DNA from: Candidatus Binatia bacterium
Lineage (GTDB): Bacteria; Desulfobacterota; Binatia; Bin18
DNA length: 64,000 nucleotides
Direction of reading: 5' to 3'
Assembly (NCBI GenBank): GCA_963664395.2
Contig: OY761159.2
Span: forward strand, 4,416,001-4,480,000
Shown here: positions 40,078 through 49,164 of the stretch, one piece after another
Layout: every line of letters starts with the position of its first letter
Numbering within the stretch: position 1 is the stretch's first letter
Program-made: the position numbers and the translations under genes
The notes under the pieces: generated by a model
Told to the model about the DNA's origin: nothing
The model's database searches: none
Seen by the model: only the letters and a program-made list of their open reading frames with translations

Positions 40078-41682
40078 CTAATACACCTCCCACCTACCCT
40101 GCTTATAATACGACTGTAAAACAGGCTGGCTCTCCCGATTCACCTCAATCTCGCCTTCGTCCCGAAAGACTCCCTTCCCAAAATGAACCATCGCGACCAT
40201 TGCGTCCTGGTTGAGAAAGCGTGTCTCAACCTCTTGAAAAGACAATCCTTGCACAGTTTCCTTCAAGGCCGTGGCCTCAAGGAGACCAGCATCCACCCCC
40301 AGCACAAATCCCCACTCGCCCAGCGTCGGGACATGGTTGTGGTAGGGCAAAACGCTGAAACCGGCTTCCGCCATCGTTTTCTGAATACACACAAAAGCCT
40401 GACGGCTGAAAAACGGGCTGGTCGCCTGCGTGACTAGGGTGCCGCCCCGTTTGAGATGCTTCTTGCACAGGCGATAGAAGTTGAGCGAATACAGCCGGGC
40501 CAGTTCCACGGAGTTGGGGTCGGGCAGATCAATAATGATCACGTCGAATAAATGCGACGTGTCCTGGAGAAAGGAAAAGGCATCCGCATTGACAACGGAC
40601 ACCCGGGAATCGCCTAAGGCGTGGTCATTGAGTTGCAGGAAGACCGGATGGGTGGCGGCCAAGGTTGTCATCTCCGGGTCGAGATCGACCAGGGTCACGG
40701 CTTTGACCTGGGAGTATTTGAGCACCTCCCGCACGGCCAAACCATCACCCCCGCCGAGAATGAGCACCTCTGCTCGATTGCCGGTCAGAGCCAAGGCCGG
40801 ATGGACGAGCGGTTCGTGGTAGCGCTCTTCATCATAACTGCTGAACTGCTGGTTGCCGTTGATATAGAGCCAGTAATCATTCCGCCAACGCGTCATCACC
40901 AGCCGCTGATAGGGCGTTTGTCTGACCAGGATAACGGTGTCTTTATACAGGGCCTGCTCACCAAACAGGATAATTGGTTCCGCCAACACAAACAGTCCGA
41001 TAATCGCCGCTCCAACAACAGCCCACACGCCACTCAGCAGTCGGGGTGCGCTGAGTAAAGACCGAAAACGAAACAAAAAGAGCGAGGCAACACCAAAGTT
41101 CACTGCGCCAAGAGCCACCGGAGTATACGTCAGGCCCAAATACGGCAGGCCCACAAAGGCAAAGAAAAGCCCCCCAATGAGCGCACCGTAATAATCTTTC
41201 TCCATCACGGCAGAGATGTTGACCCGGAGTTCTTCATACCCGGCATTGACCCGCGTAATGAGAGGAATCTCCATCCCGATCAGCAGGCCAATGGCTATGC
41301 CGAGTGGGTAAATCACCACGCCAACGTTAGTGAGAAAAGGAGACAGGACGTAGGCTGAGGCCGCGGCGCTCGCACACAGGAGGGACAGGGAGAACTCAAG
41401 AACGGTAAAGGTGTCCAGCAGATTCGCGCTGCAATAACGACTCAGATGGCTGCCCAGTCCCATGGCAAACAGCATGAGCGACATCATCAACGTCCATTGC
41501 AGGACGGCATTCCCCAAAAAATAGGTCGCAAGCGTGCACAGCACAAACTCGGCGACTATGCCCGCGCACCCGGTGGCGAACAGGCAGAGTTTGAGCAGGC
41601 TAGAGACACCAAGTGATGAGAAAGGACGCACCAATATAGGAGAACATCTCGATGTAGGCCGCACCGAGATTGGGTTGTTCAT
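40078..41682 (-). CDS. speE: Membrane-bound polyamine aminopropyltransferase (spermidine synthase with N-terminal TM domain)
   Basis: About 7 N-terminal TMs, YHEPLVHP, VLILGGGDGLAVRE, DVIIIDLPDP, GEWGF. Start uncertain (41631-41682). Confidence 0.9.
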   Translation of the reverse strand: MNNPISVRPTSRCSPILVRPFSSLGVSSLLKLCLFATGCAGIVAEFVLCTLATYFLGNAVLQWTLMMSLMLFAMGLGSHLSRYCSANLLDTFTVLEFSLSLLCASAAASAYVLSPFLTNVGVVIYPLGIAIGLLIGMEIPLITRVNAGYEELRVNISAVMEKDYYGALIGGLFFAFVGLPYLGLTYTPVALGAVNFGVASLFLFRFRSLLSAPRLLSGVWAVVGAAIIGLFVLAEPIILFGEQALYKDTVILVRQTPYQRLVMTRWRNDYWLYINGNQQFSSYDEERYHEPLVHPALALTGNRAEVLILGGGDGLAVREVLKYSQVKAVTLVDLDPEMTTLAATHPVFLQLNDHALGDSRVSVVNADAFSFLQDTSHLFDVIIIDLPDPNSVELARLYSLNFYRLCKKHLKRGGTLVTQATSPFFSRQAFVCIQKTMAEAGFSVLPYHNHVPTLGEWGFVLGVDAGLLEATALKETVQGLSFQEVETRFLNQDAMVAMVHFGKGVFRDEGEIEVNRESQPVLQSYYKQGRWEVY

Positions 41683-42445
41683 GTTCGACCAGCTCAGCCG
41701 TTATGCGTGTTCCGGGCAGCAGTATTTTATCGGTGGCCAGACGAACGAGAGGCAGCATCACCAGGCCGGCGAAAGCCAGCGCCCCGAACATCGGCAGATT
41801 GGCCTGCCATGAAAAGAAATCCGCACTGACCGCATAGCGCAAGACGTTTCCCATGCTCAGCAGTGCGCCGGCAAAACTGACCCCAACGGCAACGTTACCC
41901 TTTTCAATCTCGGCGTGAATGCTGTAGGGCGTAATCCACTCATACACCAGACCCGTCAGAACAAGCGCGACCTGACCGAGCGCCCAAAAACCGATAGCAG
42001 TCCAGAGCGACCCGCCTTCGCCCGATATCGCGCCAAAGAGGATGAATCCGGTCGCGGCATACACGCCACCTACCGTAACGCCGGTCCCGATGTTGCGGTC
42101 CTGAATAATCTCTTTGCTGATGCGGAATTGAAAGAGAATCAAGCGATCACTGACCAGCGTTGAGACGTTCAGCAGAACAATGGCCAGCAATCCGTACAGA
42201 AACAGGTCAAGCAGATCATCAACCAGCCCGCCGGACTCGCCCACGATGGAGCCGCCGATGGCGAAGATGAGCCCCGAGTAATAGCCCACTAAAGCGAGGG
42301 CCAGAGCCGTATTTTTCTTCGCGATCAATTCCTCATGAACGTGGAAGTCGCGATGGATAAGATTGAAAATGGCCGTGCCGACCCAGAACAACACATAGGC
42401 GCAGGCGAGATAGATAATGGCCAGAGTGACAGTATCGAGCGTCAT
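41600..42445 (-). CDS. DUF350 (YjfL-like) tandem-domain membrane protein
   Basis: Repeated EEL..KKNTALA / EIIQDRNIGTG / EIEKGNVAVG / NLGAA motifs between TM pairs. Confidence 0.82.
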   Translation of the reverse strand: MTLDTVTLAIIYLACAYVLFWVGTAIFNLIHRDFHVHEELIAKKNTALALALVGYYSGLIFAIGGSIVGESGGLVDDLLDLFLYGLLAIVLLNVSTLVSDRLILFQFRISKEIIQDRNIGTGVTVGGVYAATGFILFGAISGEGGSLWTAIGFWALGQVALVLTGLVYEWITPYSIHAEIEKGNVAVGVSFAGALLSMGNVLRYAVSADFFSWQANLPMFGALAFAGLVMLPLVRLATDKILLPGTRITAELVEHEQPNLGAAYIEMFSYIGASFLITWCL

Positions 42446-42460
42446 GACCTATCCATATGC

Positions 42461-43192
42461 TTATTTGCCAAACCCGAAGCCGCGCGACCGGACGGGCACA
42501 CTACTCCGGCCCAGGCGATTATTGAACTTTTGCTGAAAGCGTTGTTGTTTGAGCGCATCTCTGGAGCGGCGGCGGGCGAAAAAGGACGATTTCTTCTGCT
42601 GCGTGACTGTGCCCCGCGTCCCATACTCTTTTCCCGTCCGGCCATAGTACGGCCGTTGCTGCGAGCGCGAGCGTTGATAGGAATCATAGTCATTCCGAAA
42701 GATGGAGCCGCGGCCAACCCCGAGCAGGTCGCGCATGAGCGCGTATTGGCCGTAAAACGCCCAGAACGACGTGCCGCTGCTATTGGTCTGCCACGAGCCG
42801 TAGCGCGAATTGCCAACGTAGTCATAGCCGGGCGGATGAGGGACATTGTTCTCGCCGCCAGGTGTTTTGGAGGCCAGCGTCATGCCCAGAAAATTCTCAT
42901 TGGCACGATAAAAAGATTCCGGCACTTGCAACCAGTCGGTTGTCCAGGAGTTTTTTCCTTGGACAACTTGATACTGATGAAAATACGAAGAGAAAAATGT
43001 TCCCTCCTCGCGCATATCGTCAAGGGTAATGGCGTATTCCGGTACAGAGGCAAGCTGGGACTTCAGCCGGTCAAGCGGGCTGCCAGAGGAGCAAGCCGAG
43101 AGCAGAAAGGCGCAGCAAGCCGCGAGAAGCAGGCGACAGCTCCAAAGCGATAGGCTCCGTCGTTGAAAGGCTATTCTTGTAGTCCGTCTCAT
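42461..43192 (-). CDS. Lipoprotein with R/S/G-rich low-complexity C-terminus (DUF1190/YjfM-like position)
   Basis: Lipobox LSAC; PPGYDYVGN.RYG.W, SFWAFYGQYALM, terminal RSRGFGFGK. Confidence 0.75.
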   Translation of the reverse strand: MRRTTRIAFQRRSLSLWSCRLLLAACCAFLLSACSSGSPLDRLKSQLASVPEYAITLDDMREEGTFFSSYFHQYQVVQGKNSWTTDWLQVPESFYRANENFLGMTLASKTPGGENNVPHPPGYDYVGNSRYGSWQTNSSGTSFWAFYGQYALMRDLLGVGRGSIFRNDYDSYQRSRSQQRPYYGRTGKEYGTRGTVTQQKKSSFFARRRSRDALKQQRFQQKFNNRLGRSSVPVRSRGFGFGK

Positions 43193-43356
43193 CACCTTGC
43201 TCTGCGCATCCACAATAGGATAACTGTGAAGTAACTTCCTCAGGCTGTCAAGCAAGACGGTCTAGCGTTCTGTTCCCTCGCCCCTGGAACGTATGATGCA
43301 AATACCGTGAAGTGTCGCAAGTCGAAAACGGGACCGGGGGTGCCGGAGCTAGCGGA

Positions 43357-43447
43357 ACCCACCCCGCCGCTGACGCGGCACCCCTCCAAGGGGGGGATAG
43401 AAAAAATTCCCCTCTTGGGAGGGGTGGCCCGAAGGGCCGGGGTGGGT
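43357..43447. repeat. Inverted pair of family-A REP-like palindromes
   Basis: ACCCACCCCGCCGC..GCGGCACCCCTCC..GGGG followed by CCCCTC..GAGGGGTGGCCC..GGGCCGGGGTGGGT. Confidence 0.78.
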
Positions 43448-43627
43448 TGCCCCCTACCCGCGGCAACAGCACGTCGAGAGTATGTTCATGTACATCACAC
43501 GTCTGGAAGGAGGGCAGGGGTGAGGGGACGATGCAGGGTGAGCTATGACCCGCCGCCATCAACCTGTCCAACGCGCCCCCCACGCCCCTGCTTGCATGCC
43601 GAGCCGCTCTCAGCGACAACAGACGGA

Positions 43628-46600
43628 ATGCCTGGAACAAACACAAAGCTCACAACGGCAGTCGAAACCTATCTGACCGACCTGCAACAGATACGAGCCT
43701 CCGGTGGGGCAACCGGCGAGCGATCCTATTATGGGCCACTGGCGAATCTGCTGAACGCCGTCGGCAATGCCCTCAAACCTAAAGTGATCTGTGTCGGCGA
43801 ACTCGCCGACCAGGGGGCAGGCCATCCCGACTTTGGATTGTATGCAGCCAAGCAATTACAAAAAAACCAGCCCAGAGAAGGCCAGGTTCCCGAACGGGGT
43901 GTCGTTGAGGTCAAGTCCGCCAGTGACGACGCCTGGCTGACCGCAGCGTCCGCCCAAGTCAGCCGTTATTGGGAGCGTTACCGTCTCGTTCTGGTCACCA
44001 ATACGCGCGATTTCGTCTTGGTGGGCGAAGACACTGCCGGTCATCCGGCCACGCTCGAAACCTTCCGGCTGGCACCCACCGCCGAAGACTTTGCACGACG
44101 TTTAGAAACACCGCGCACCTTTGCCCGCGACATCGGCGCCGGGCTCGGAGAGTATCTTTGCCGTGCCCTGTCACACCGGGCCGCCCTGACCGAGCCGAAA
44201 GACCTGGCCTGGTTGCTGGCGTCCTACGCCCGCGACGGCCTCTCTCGGGTCGAGGCAGCAGGAGACGACGCCCCGTCACTTACCGCCGTACGCGCGGCCT
44301 TGGAGGAAGCACTCGGGGTACGCTTCGAGGGCGACAAGGGAACGCGATTCTTCCATTCAACCCTGGTGCAGACCTTATTCTACGGGGTATTCTCGGCCTG
44401 GGTATTGTGGGCACGACAAGTGCCGTCACCGAGGGGGACGTTTAACTGGCATGAAGCCGTCTGGCATCTGCGCGCCCCCGTGCTGGCCGCTTTATTCTCG
44501 CAGCTTGCGCAACCCGGCCGACTGCAACCGCTCGGTCTGGTCGAAGTCCTGGACTGGACATCTGCCGCGCTCAACCGCGTGGACCGCACGGCCTTCTTCG
44601 CTCGCTTCAACGAAGGCGAGGCCGTGCCCTATTTCTACGAACCCTTTCTCGAAGCCTTCGATCCCGAACTACGGAAACAACTCGGCGTCTGGTACACGCC
44701 CACCGAAGTGGTCCGCTACATGGTGGCGCGTGTGGATAAGGCGCTCAAGGACGACCTGCATATCCCGGGCGGGCTCGCTGCGGACAATGTCTACGTCCTG
44801 GACCCGTGTTGCGGGACCGGGGCATATCTGGCGGAAGTCTTGCGCCGTATCGCCGCCAATCTCACCGACAAAGGCATGGGCGCACTCGCCGGTGCGCGGG
44901 TCAAACAGGCGGCTATGAATCGGGTGTTCGGCTTCGAGATTATGCCCGCCCCGTTTGTGGTGGCGCATTTGCAAGTCGGCCTGACCATGCAGGACTTGGA
45001 CGCGCCCTTGGCGGACGACGGGAATGAACGCGCCGGCGTCTTCCTCACTAATGCCCTGACCGGTTGGGAACCCCACACCACCAAGCCGCTCCCCTTCCCC
45101 GAGTTAGAAGAAGAACGCGACCGAGCCGAGCGGGTCAAGCAGAATACACCGATTCTCGTGATTCTGGGCAACCCGCCCTACAACGGCTTTGCCGGCATGG
45201 CCGTAGACGAAGAGCGGGTACTGTCGGACGCCTACCGGGTGACCAAGCGGGTACGGAAACCTGAAGGCCAAGGCTTGAACGATCTGTATGTGCGCTTCTT
45301 CCGCATGGCCGAACGACGGATTGCCGAGAAGACCGGGCAAGGCGTGGTGTGTTTCATCTCCAACTATTCGTGGCTGGATGGGTTGTCGTTCACGGGGATG
45401 CGGGAGCGGTATCTGGAAGCATTTGACGCCATTCGGATTGATTGTCTCAATGGCGACAAGTACAAGACCGGTAAGACCACCCCGGACGGGATGCCCGACC
45501 CGAGCATTTTTTCCACGCCAAGCGACCCGGTGGGGATTCAGGTGGGGACGGCTATCACGACCTTGGTCCGCAAGGCGGATCATGTACCAGCCGAAACCAT
45601 CGGCTTTCGGCATTTGTGGGGGCAGGCGAAGAGGGAAGAACTATTGGAGACGGCGGAGGCGGAACCGGCGACGCTCTATGACGGCATTGAACCGGTGTTG
45701 CCGCTCGGTCTGCCGTTCGTGCAAACAGCAGTGAGTGAGGGCTGGTTCGACTGGCCGGCGCTGCCCGAGCTGTTTCCGGTTTCGTTTCCCGGCGTGAAGA
45801 CCAGCCGCGACGGGTTCCTTGTTGATGTCGATCTTGAGCGGCTCAATGCGCGGACCGGCGATTACTTTACTGCGGACTCGAGTCATGAGGAAATTGCACG
45901 GCGCTACCCGGGCGTGATGAAGACGACGGCTGGGTTCAATGCACGGTCCGTGCGAGACTCACTGCTCTCACGCGGCGGACCGACTGAGGCTGGCTTCATC
46001 CGTTTCGCCTACCGGCCGTTTGACAATCGGTGGTTGTATTGGGAAGCGGATATGGATCTGCTTGACCGTCCACGGCCGGATTATAGGTCACATGTGTTTG
46101 AGGAGAATGTGTGGCTGGTCTTACAGAATAAGGCGCGCCCCGACTTGTCGCCTCCGCTCATGATTTCAGACATCGGAGATCTCAATCAGATGAATAGCGG
46201 TGTGTACTGTGTCCCTGCATGGCTCAGAAACGACGACCTCGGAAATGCTGGTAACAGCGCAGGCCGTCCCAATCTATCAGGTGCCGCCCAACGTTATCTC
46301 GAACACCTCGACTTGGGCGTAGAGGACCTGTTCCACCACGTCCTGGCCGTACTCCACGACCCCGCCTACCACGAGGCCAACGCGGGAGCACTCCGCATGG
46401 AAGGGCCACGTATCCCATTGCCCGACTGGCCCGATAGTGACGCCTCCGAAGCGGCTGAAACCCTCGCCCGCTCTGCTGCACATGGGCGCAAACTGGCCGC
46501 CCTGCTTGACCCTGACACCCCCGTCCCTGGCGTGACAACTGGAACCCTACGCCCGGAGGTCGCCGCTATTGCCGTTCCCGCCACGGTGGACGGGCACAAC

Positions 46601-46993
46601 ATGACCGGGGACGACTTCGCGCTGACCGCCGGATGGGGGCATTACGGAACGGGCGATGCCGTGATGCCCGGCCAAGGGCGGGTGGTCGAACGCGCCTACA
46701 CCCCGGACGAACGCGCCGCGCTGGGGGATGATACCGGCGTGATCGGTCAGACCACGTTCGATATTTACTTGAACGGCAACGCCTACTGGCGCAACGTCCC
46801 TACCAACGTCTGGCACTACAAGCTGGGCGGTTATCAGGTGCTCAAGAAATGGCTGTCGTATCGGGAACGGGGGGTGCTGGGACGGGCGCTGTTGCCGGAG
46901 GAGGTGGGGTATTTTGCGGAGGTGGCGCGGCGGATTGGGGCGATATTGGTAGTAACTGATACGCCAGCGGTGTGGGATTACGCCTCCAGCTAA
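43628..46993 (+). CDS. Single-chain restriction-modification enzyme (nuclease + N6-MTase + Type ISP-like specificity domain, no helicase)
   Basis: HPDFG...VEVK (PD-(D/E)xK), YFYEPFL, GVWYTP, DPCCGTG (motif I), GNPPY (motif IV), YRPFD, GGYQVLKKWLSYRE. Confidence 0.9.
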   Translation: MPGTNTKLTTAVETYLTDLQQIRASGGATGERSYYGPLANLLNAVGNALKPKVICVGELADQGAGHPDFGLYAAKQLQKNQPREGQVPERGVVEVKSASDDAWLTAASAQVSRYWERYRLVLVTNTRDFVLVGEDTAGHPATLETFRLAPTAEDFARRLETPRTFARDIGAGLGEYLCRALSHRAALTEPKDLAWLLASYARDGLSRVEAAGDDAPSLTAVRAALEEALGVRFEGDKGTRFFHSTLVQTLFYGVFSAWVLWARQVPSPRGTFNWHEAVWHLRAPVLAALFSQLAQPGRLQPLGLVEVLDWTSAALNRVDRTAFFARFNEGEAVPYFYEPFLEAFDPELRKQLGVWYTPTEVVRYMVARVDKALKDDLHIPGGLAADNVYVLDPCCGTGAYLAEVLRRIAANLTDKGMGALAGARVKQAAMNRVFGFEIMPAPFVVAHLQVGLTMQDLDAPLADDGNERAGVFLTNALTGWEPHTTKPLPFPELEEERDRAERVKQNTPILVILGNPPYNGFAGMAVDEERVLSDAYRVTKRVRKPEGQGLNDLYVRFFRMAERRIAEKTGQGVVCFISNYSWLDGLSFTGMRERYLEAFDAIRIDCLNGDKYKTGKTTPDGMPDPSIFSTPSDPVGIQVGTAITTLVRKADHVPAETIGFRHLWGQAKREELLETAEAEPATLYDGIEPVLPLGLPFVQTAVSEGWFDWPALPELFPVSFPGVKTSRDGFLVDVDLERLNARTGDYFTADSSHEEIARRYPGVMKTTAGFNARSVRDSLLSRGGPTEAGFIRFAYRPFDNRWLYWEADMDLLDRPRPDYRSHVFEENVWLVLQNKARPDLSPPLMISDIGDLNQMNSGVYCVPAWLRNDDLGNAGNSAGRPNLSGAAQRYLEHLDLGVEDLFHHVLAVLHDPAYHEANAGALRMEGPRIPLPDWPDSDASEAAETLARSAAHGRKLAALLDPDTPVPGVTTGTLRPEVAAIAVPATVDGHNMTGDDFALTAGWGHYGTGDAVMPGQGRVVERAYTPDERAALGDDTGVIGQTTFDIYLNGNAYWRNVPTNVWHYKLGGYQVLKKWLSYRERGVLGRALLPEEVGYFAEVARRIGAILVVTDTPAVWDYASS

Positions 46994-47217
46994 TCCGACC
47001 TACGGGGCTAGCGCGGTTTACGATAAATTGTAGCCATATCGCTCCGCCTTCGTCATGCCGGACTTGATCCGGCATCCAGGTGTCGCCCATGACCGAAAAA
47101 CAGAATCCGACGTGGCGTAACTTGTATGCCGCTCTCGTCTGACTGGATTCCTGCTTTCGCAGGAATGACGGGAAGCGGACAGCCCCGTATGTCGGCTTAG
47201 CGAAGCGTAATTCCGCA
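46974..47217. repeat. Cluster of REP/RPE-like palindromes
   Basis: GGATTACGC..GCTAATCCGACCTAC (about 46975-47004), CGTCATGCCGGACTTGATCCGGCATCCAG (47051), CTGGATTCCTGCTTTCGCAGGAATGACG (47143), GTCGGCTTAGCGAAGCGTAATTCCG (47191). Confidence 0.8.
47091..47175 (+). repeat. 85-bp direct repeat, copy 1
   Basis: Near-identical to 47809-47893 (offset 718 bp). Confidence 0.9.
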
Positions 47218-47259
47218 TTTCTTGCTGACGCTCCGTACCACCTACTGTAGGGACGCCCC

Positions 47260-47487
47260 TCAATGCAAAGTCTTCTTTGCTTTCTCGAACTCTGACTGTT
47301 GGTCCCGCTTCTCCCGCTTCCGTTGTTCCCGTTGCAGTTTCGCGGTCATTTGTTGGCATTCGTCAGAGTGGTACTTTTTCCCCCAGCGTTCCTTCATGAA
47401 CCGATGGATGCGTTCATCGCAATCGGGCGCGGCGCAAACCCTGAAATCCCAGTGACGGCCCCGGGGGCTCTTTTGAATTTTTGGCAT
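47260..47487 (-). CDS. Small basic zinc-finger-like hypothetical protein
   Basis: CAAPDC...YHSDEC followed by an R/K-rich helix, an arrangement resembling CGNR-type fingers. Confidence 0.45.
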   Translation of the reverse strand: MPKIQKSPRGRHWDFRVCAAPDCDERIHRFMKERWGKKYHSDECQQMTAKLQREQRKREKRDQQSEFEKAKKTLH

Positions 47488-47494
47488 AGCACGA

Positions 47495-47527
47495 TTATTT
47501 ACCGGCATAGTGCGGCAGTCTGGTCAT
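47495..47527 (-). pseudogene. HicA toxin remnant (first 10 codons)
   Basis: MTRLPHYAGK* starts in an ATGA overlap with the hicB stop and resembles HicA N-termini (MxRLPxxxGK). Confidence 0.5.
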
Positions 47528-47736
47528 ACCGAGATTCTTTGTACACCGACCAGTTCCAGCGGCTGTGGCGCGTCTTCGCCCTCGACCTCAAGCCAGAGGG
47601 TGATTGCCTCTTGCATCCGTTCGAGCAATTGGTCAATGGACGAGCCCTGAGTATGGCAGCCTGGAAGAGCGGGAACACTCCCCACGTAATAGCCGTCTTC
47701 ATCCTTCTCGATAACGATGGTGTATTCAGCGCTCAT
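47524..47736 (-). CDS. hicB: HicB-family antitoxin (short form)
   Basis: YTIVIEKDEDGYYVGSVPALPGCHTQG...EAITLWLE. Confidence 0.88.
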   Translation of the reverse strand: MSAEYTIVIEKDEDGYYVGSVPALPGCHTQGSSIDQLLERMQEAITLWLEVEGEDAPQPLELVGVQRISV

Positions 47737-47808
47737 TTGGTTCTCCCCTGGGTTGGTCAGTATGGCCCAGTCCAATCGTCCTCTCAAGCGGGCCTGGAAG
47801 CTGGCCCT

Positions 47809-47893
47809 GATCGAAAAACAGAATCCGACGTGGCGGGATTTGTCTGACGCTCTCGTCTGACTGGATTCCTGCTTTCGCAGGAATGACGGGAAG
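47809..47893 (+). repeat. 85-bp direct repeat, copy 2
   Basis: Near-identical to 47091-47175; contains the ATTCCTGCTTTCGCAGGAAT palindrome. Confidence 0.9.
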
Positions 47894-47897
47894 TGCC

Positions 47898-48113
47898 TTA
47901 ACCGGCGAATGACTTGAGCAACAGTGAAACGACGCCTGCAACAATCGCGCTGGTCATCCACTTCACGACCAACAGTTCCCGTTCAAGGCGCGCAATATCG
48001 GCCTTGGTCGCCAGACTTTCTTCTGACATGGCCTGAGCGGCCGCCCGCGCCTTTTCTTCGGGTGCTCCCGCCGCTATCAGTGCATCATAGAGCTCGGTCA
48101 CCATCATGCTCAT
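47898..48113 (-). CDS. DUF1640/CCDC90-like small coiled-coil membrane-anchor protein
   Basis: ELYDALIAAGAPEEKARAAA, LATKADI, VKWM followed by a C-terminal TM. Confidence 0.7.
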   Translation of the reverse strand: MSMMVTELYDALIAAGAPEEKARAAAQAMSEESLATKADIARLERELLVVKWMTSAIVAGVVSLLLKSFAG

Positions 48114-48220
48114 GGCGCAACTATAGGACCGTTCCTGGTAATGGGCAAGCAGGCATTCTCCCTTGCGTGATACCGATCTTTTCGCTACGACGTGGGCAGT
48201 TTCATTCAAGGAGGGGATTC

Positions 48221-49105
48221 ATGAAATACGGCTTACACTTGGCCGGCGGCGCTTCGGTGTGTGACCGCAAGGTACTCATGGATGTGGCCCGCATTGCCGA
48301 GGAGGAAGGCTGCGACTCGCTCCTCATTGGCGACCATATTGTCCTGCCCAAAACCATTGCCTCGCCGTGGCCGTATGAGGAGTATAACGACGGCAAGCCG
48401 AATTACGATATCTACACCAGCATGGAATGGCTGGACCCCTTCGATACCATCGCCTTTGTCGCGGGTATTACCGAAAAGATTCGGCTCGGCCTGAGTGTCT
48501 TGATTGTCCCCTATCGCCATCCTTTTGATGTGGCACGGCGGGTCGCAACCATCGATGTCTTGTCCGGCGGGCGCTTCATTCTCGGCACCGGAGTCGGCTG
48601 GCTGGAAGAGGAGTTCAATCTGCTGGGCATTCCCTTTCAGCGCCGCGGCAAACGCACGCGTGAATATATTGAAATGATGAAGGCGCTGTGGACCGAAGAC
48701 AGCCCGCGCTATGATGGTGAGTTCATCAAGCTGGAAGAAGACGTCAACGTACTCCCGCGGCCCCTCCAAAAACCCCACCCGCCCATCTGGGTTGGAGGAG
48801 AATCGGTGTATGCCCTGAAACGGGTGGTCCGGTTTGGCGACGGCTGGCATATTGCCCTGCTGACCTTTAACCAGATTCGGCCCATGTTGGAGCAACTGAA
48901 GCGCCTCATGGATGAGGCCGGACGGAATTACGACGACCTCGAACTGACGGCCATGACCGACCCGACCCGGACCACGCCGGACGATATCAAAACCTACCGC
49001 GACCTGGGAGTGAAAGTTTTGTACACCGTTCCGCTCAGCCGCGACCCGGATAGTATCGCTCAGGAAGTCCGGTCGTTTGCCAAGCAAGTTCAGGACGTAG
49101 GGTAA
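48221..49105 (+). CDS. LLM-class F420-dependent oxidoreductase (Rv2161c-like)
   Basis: IGDHIVLP, VLIVPYRHP, GRFILGTGVGWLEEEF, PRPLQKPHPPIWVGG. GGAGGGG RBS. Confidence 0.9.
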   Translation: MKYGLHLAGGASVCDRKVLMDVARIAEEEGCDSLLIGDHIVLPKTIASPWPYEEYNDGKPNYDIYTSMEWLDPFDTIAFVAGITEKIRLGLSVLIVPYRHPFDVARRVATIDVLSGGRFILGTGVGWLEEEFNLLGIPFQRRGKRTREYIEMMKALWTEDSPRYDGEFIKLEEDVNVLPRPLQKPHPPIWVGGESVYALKRVVRFGDGWHIALLTFNQIRPMLEQLKRLMDEAGRNYDDLELTAMTDPTRTTPDDIKTYRDLGVKVLYTVPLSRDPDSIAQEVRSFAKQVQDVG

Positions 49106-49164
49106 ATCGACGCAGAATACGGCAGCCCTCACTGGCCTGCCCGCACAATGAGGAGGAGAAGACC

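Noticed and set aside
43307-43627. N-terminal extension of the R-M enzyme from 43307
   Set aside because: It translates through REP palindromes; family-like sequence begins at ATG 43628.
46842-47359. ORFs 46842-47090 and 47018-47359
   Set aside because: Mostly translated palindromic repeats (for example RHSCESRNP, WMPDQVRHD).
47091-47893. Integron attC sites
   Set aside because: No RYYYAAC...GTTRRRY ends and no integron integrase in the window.
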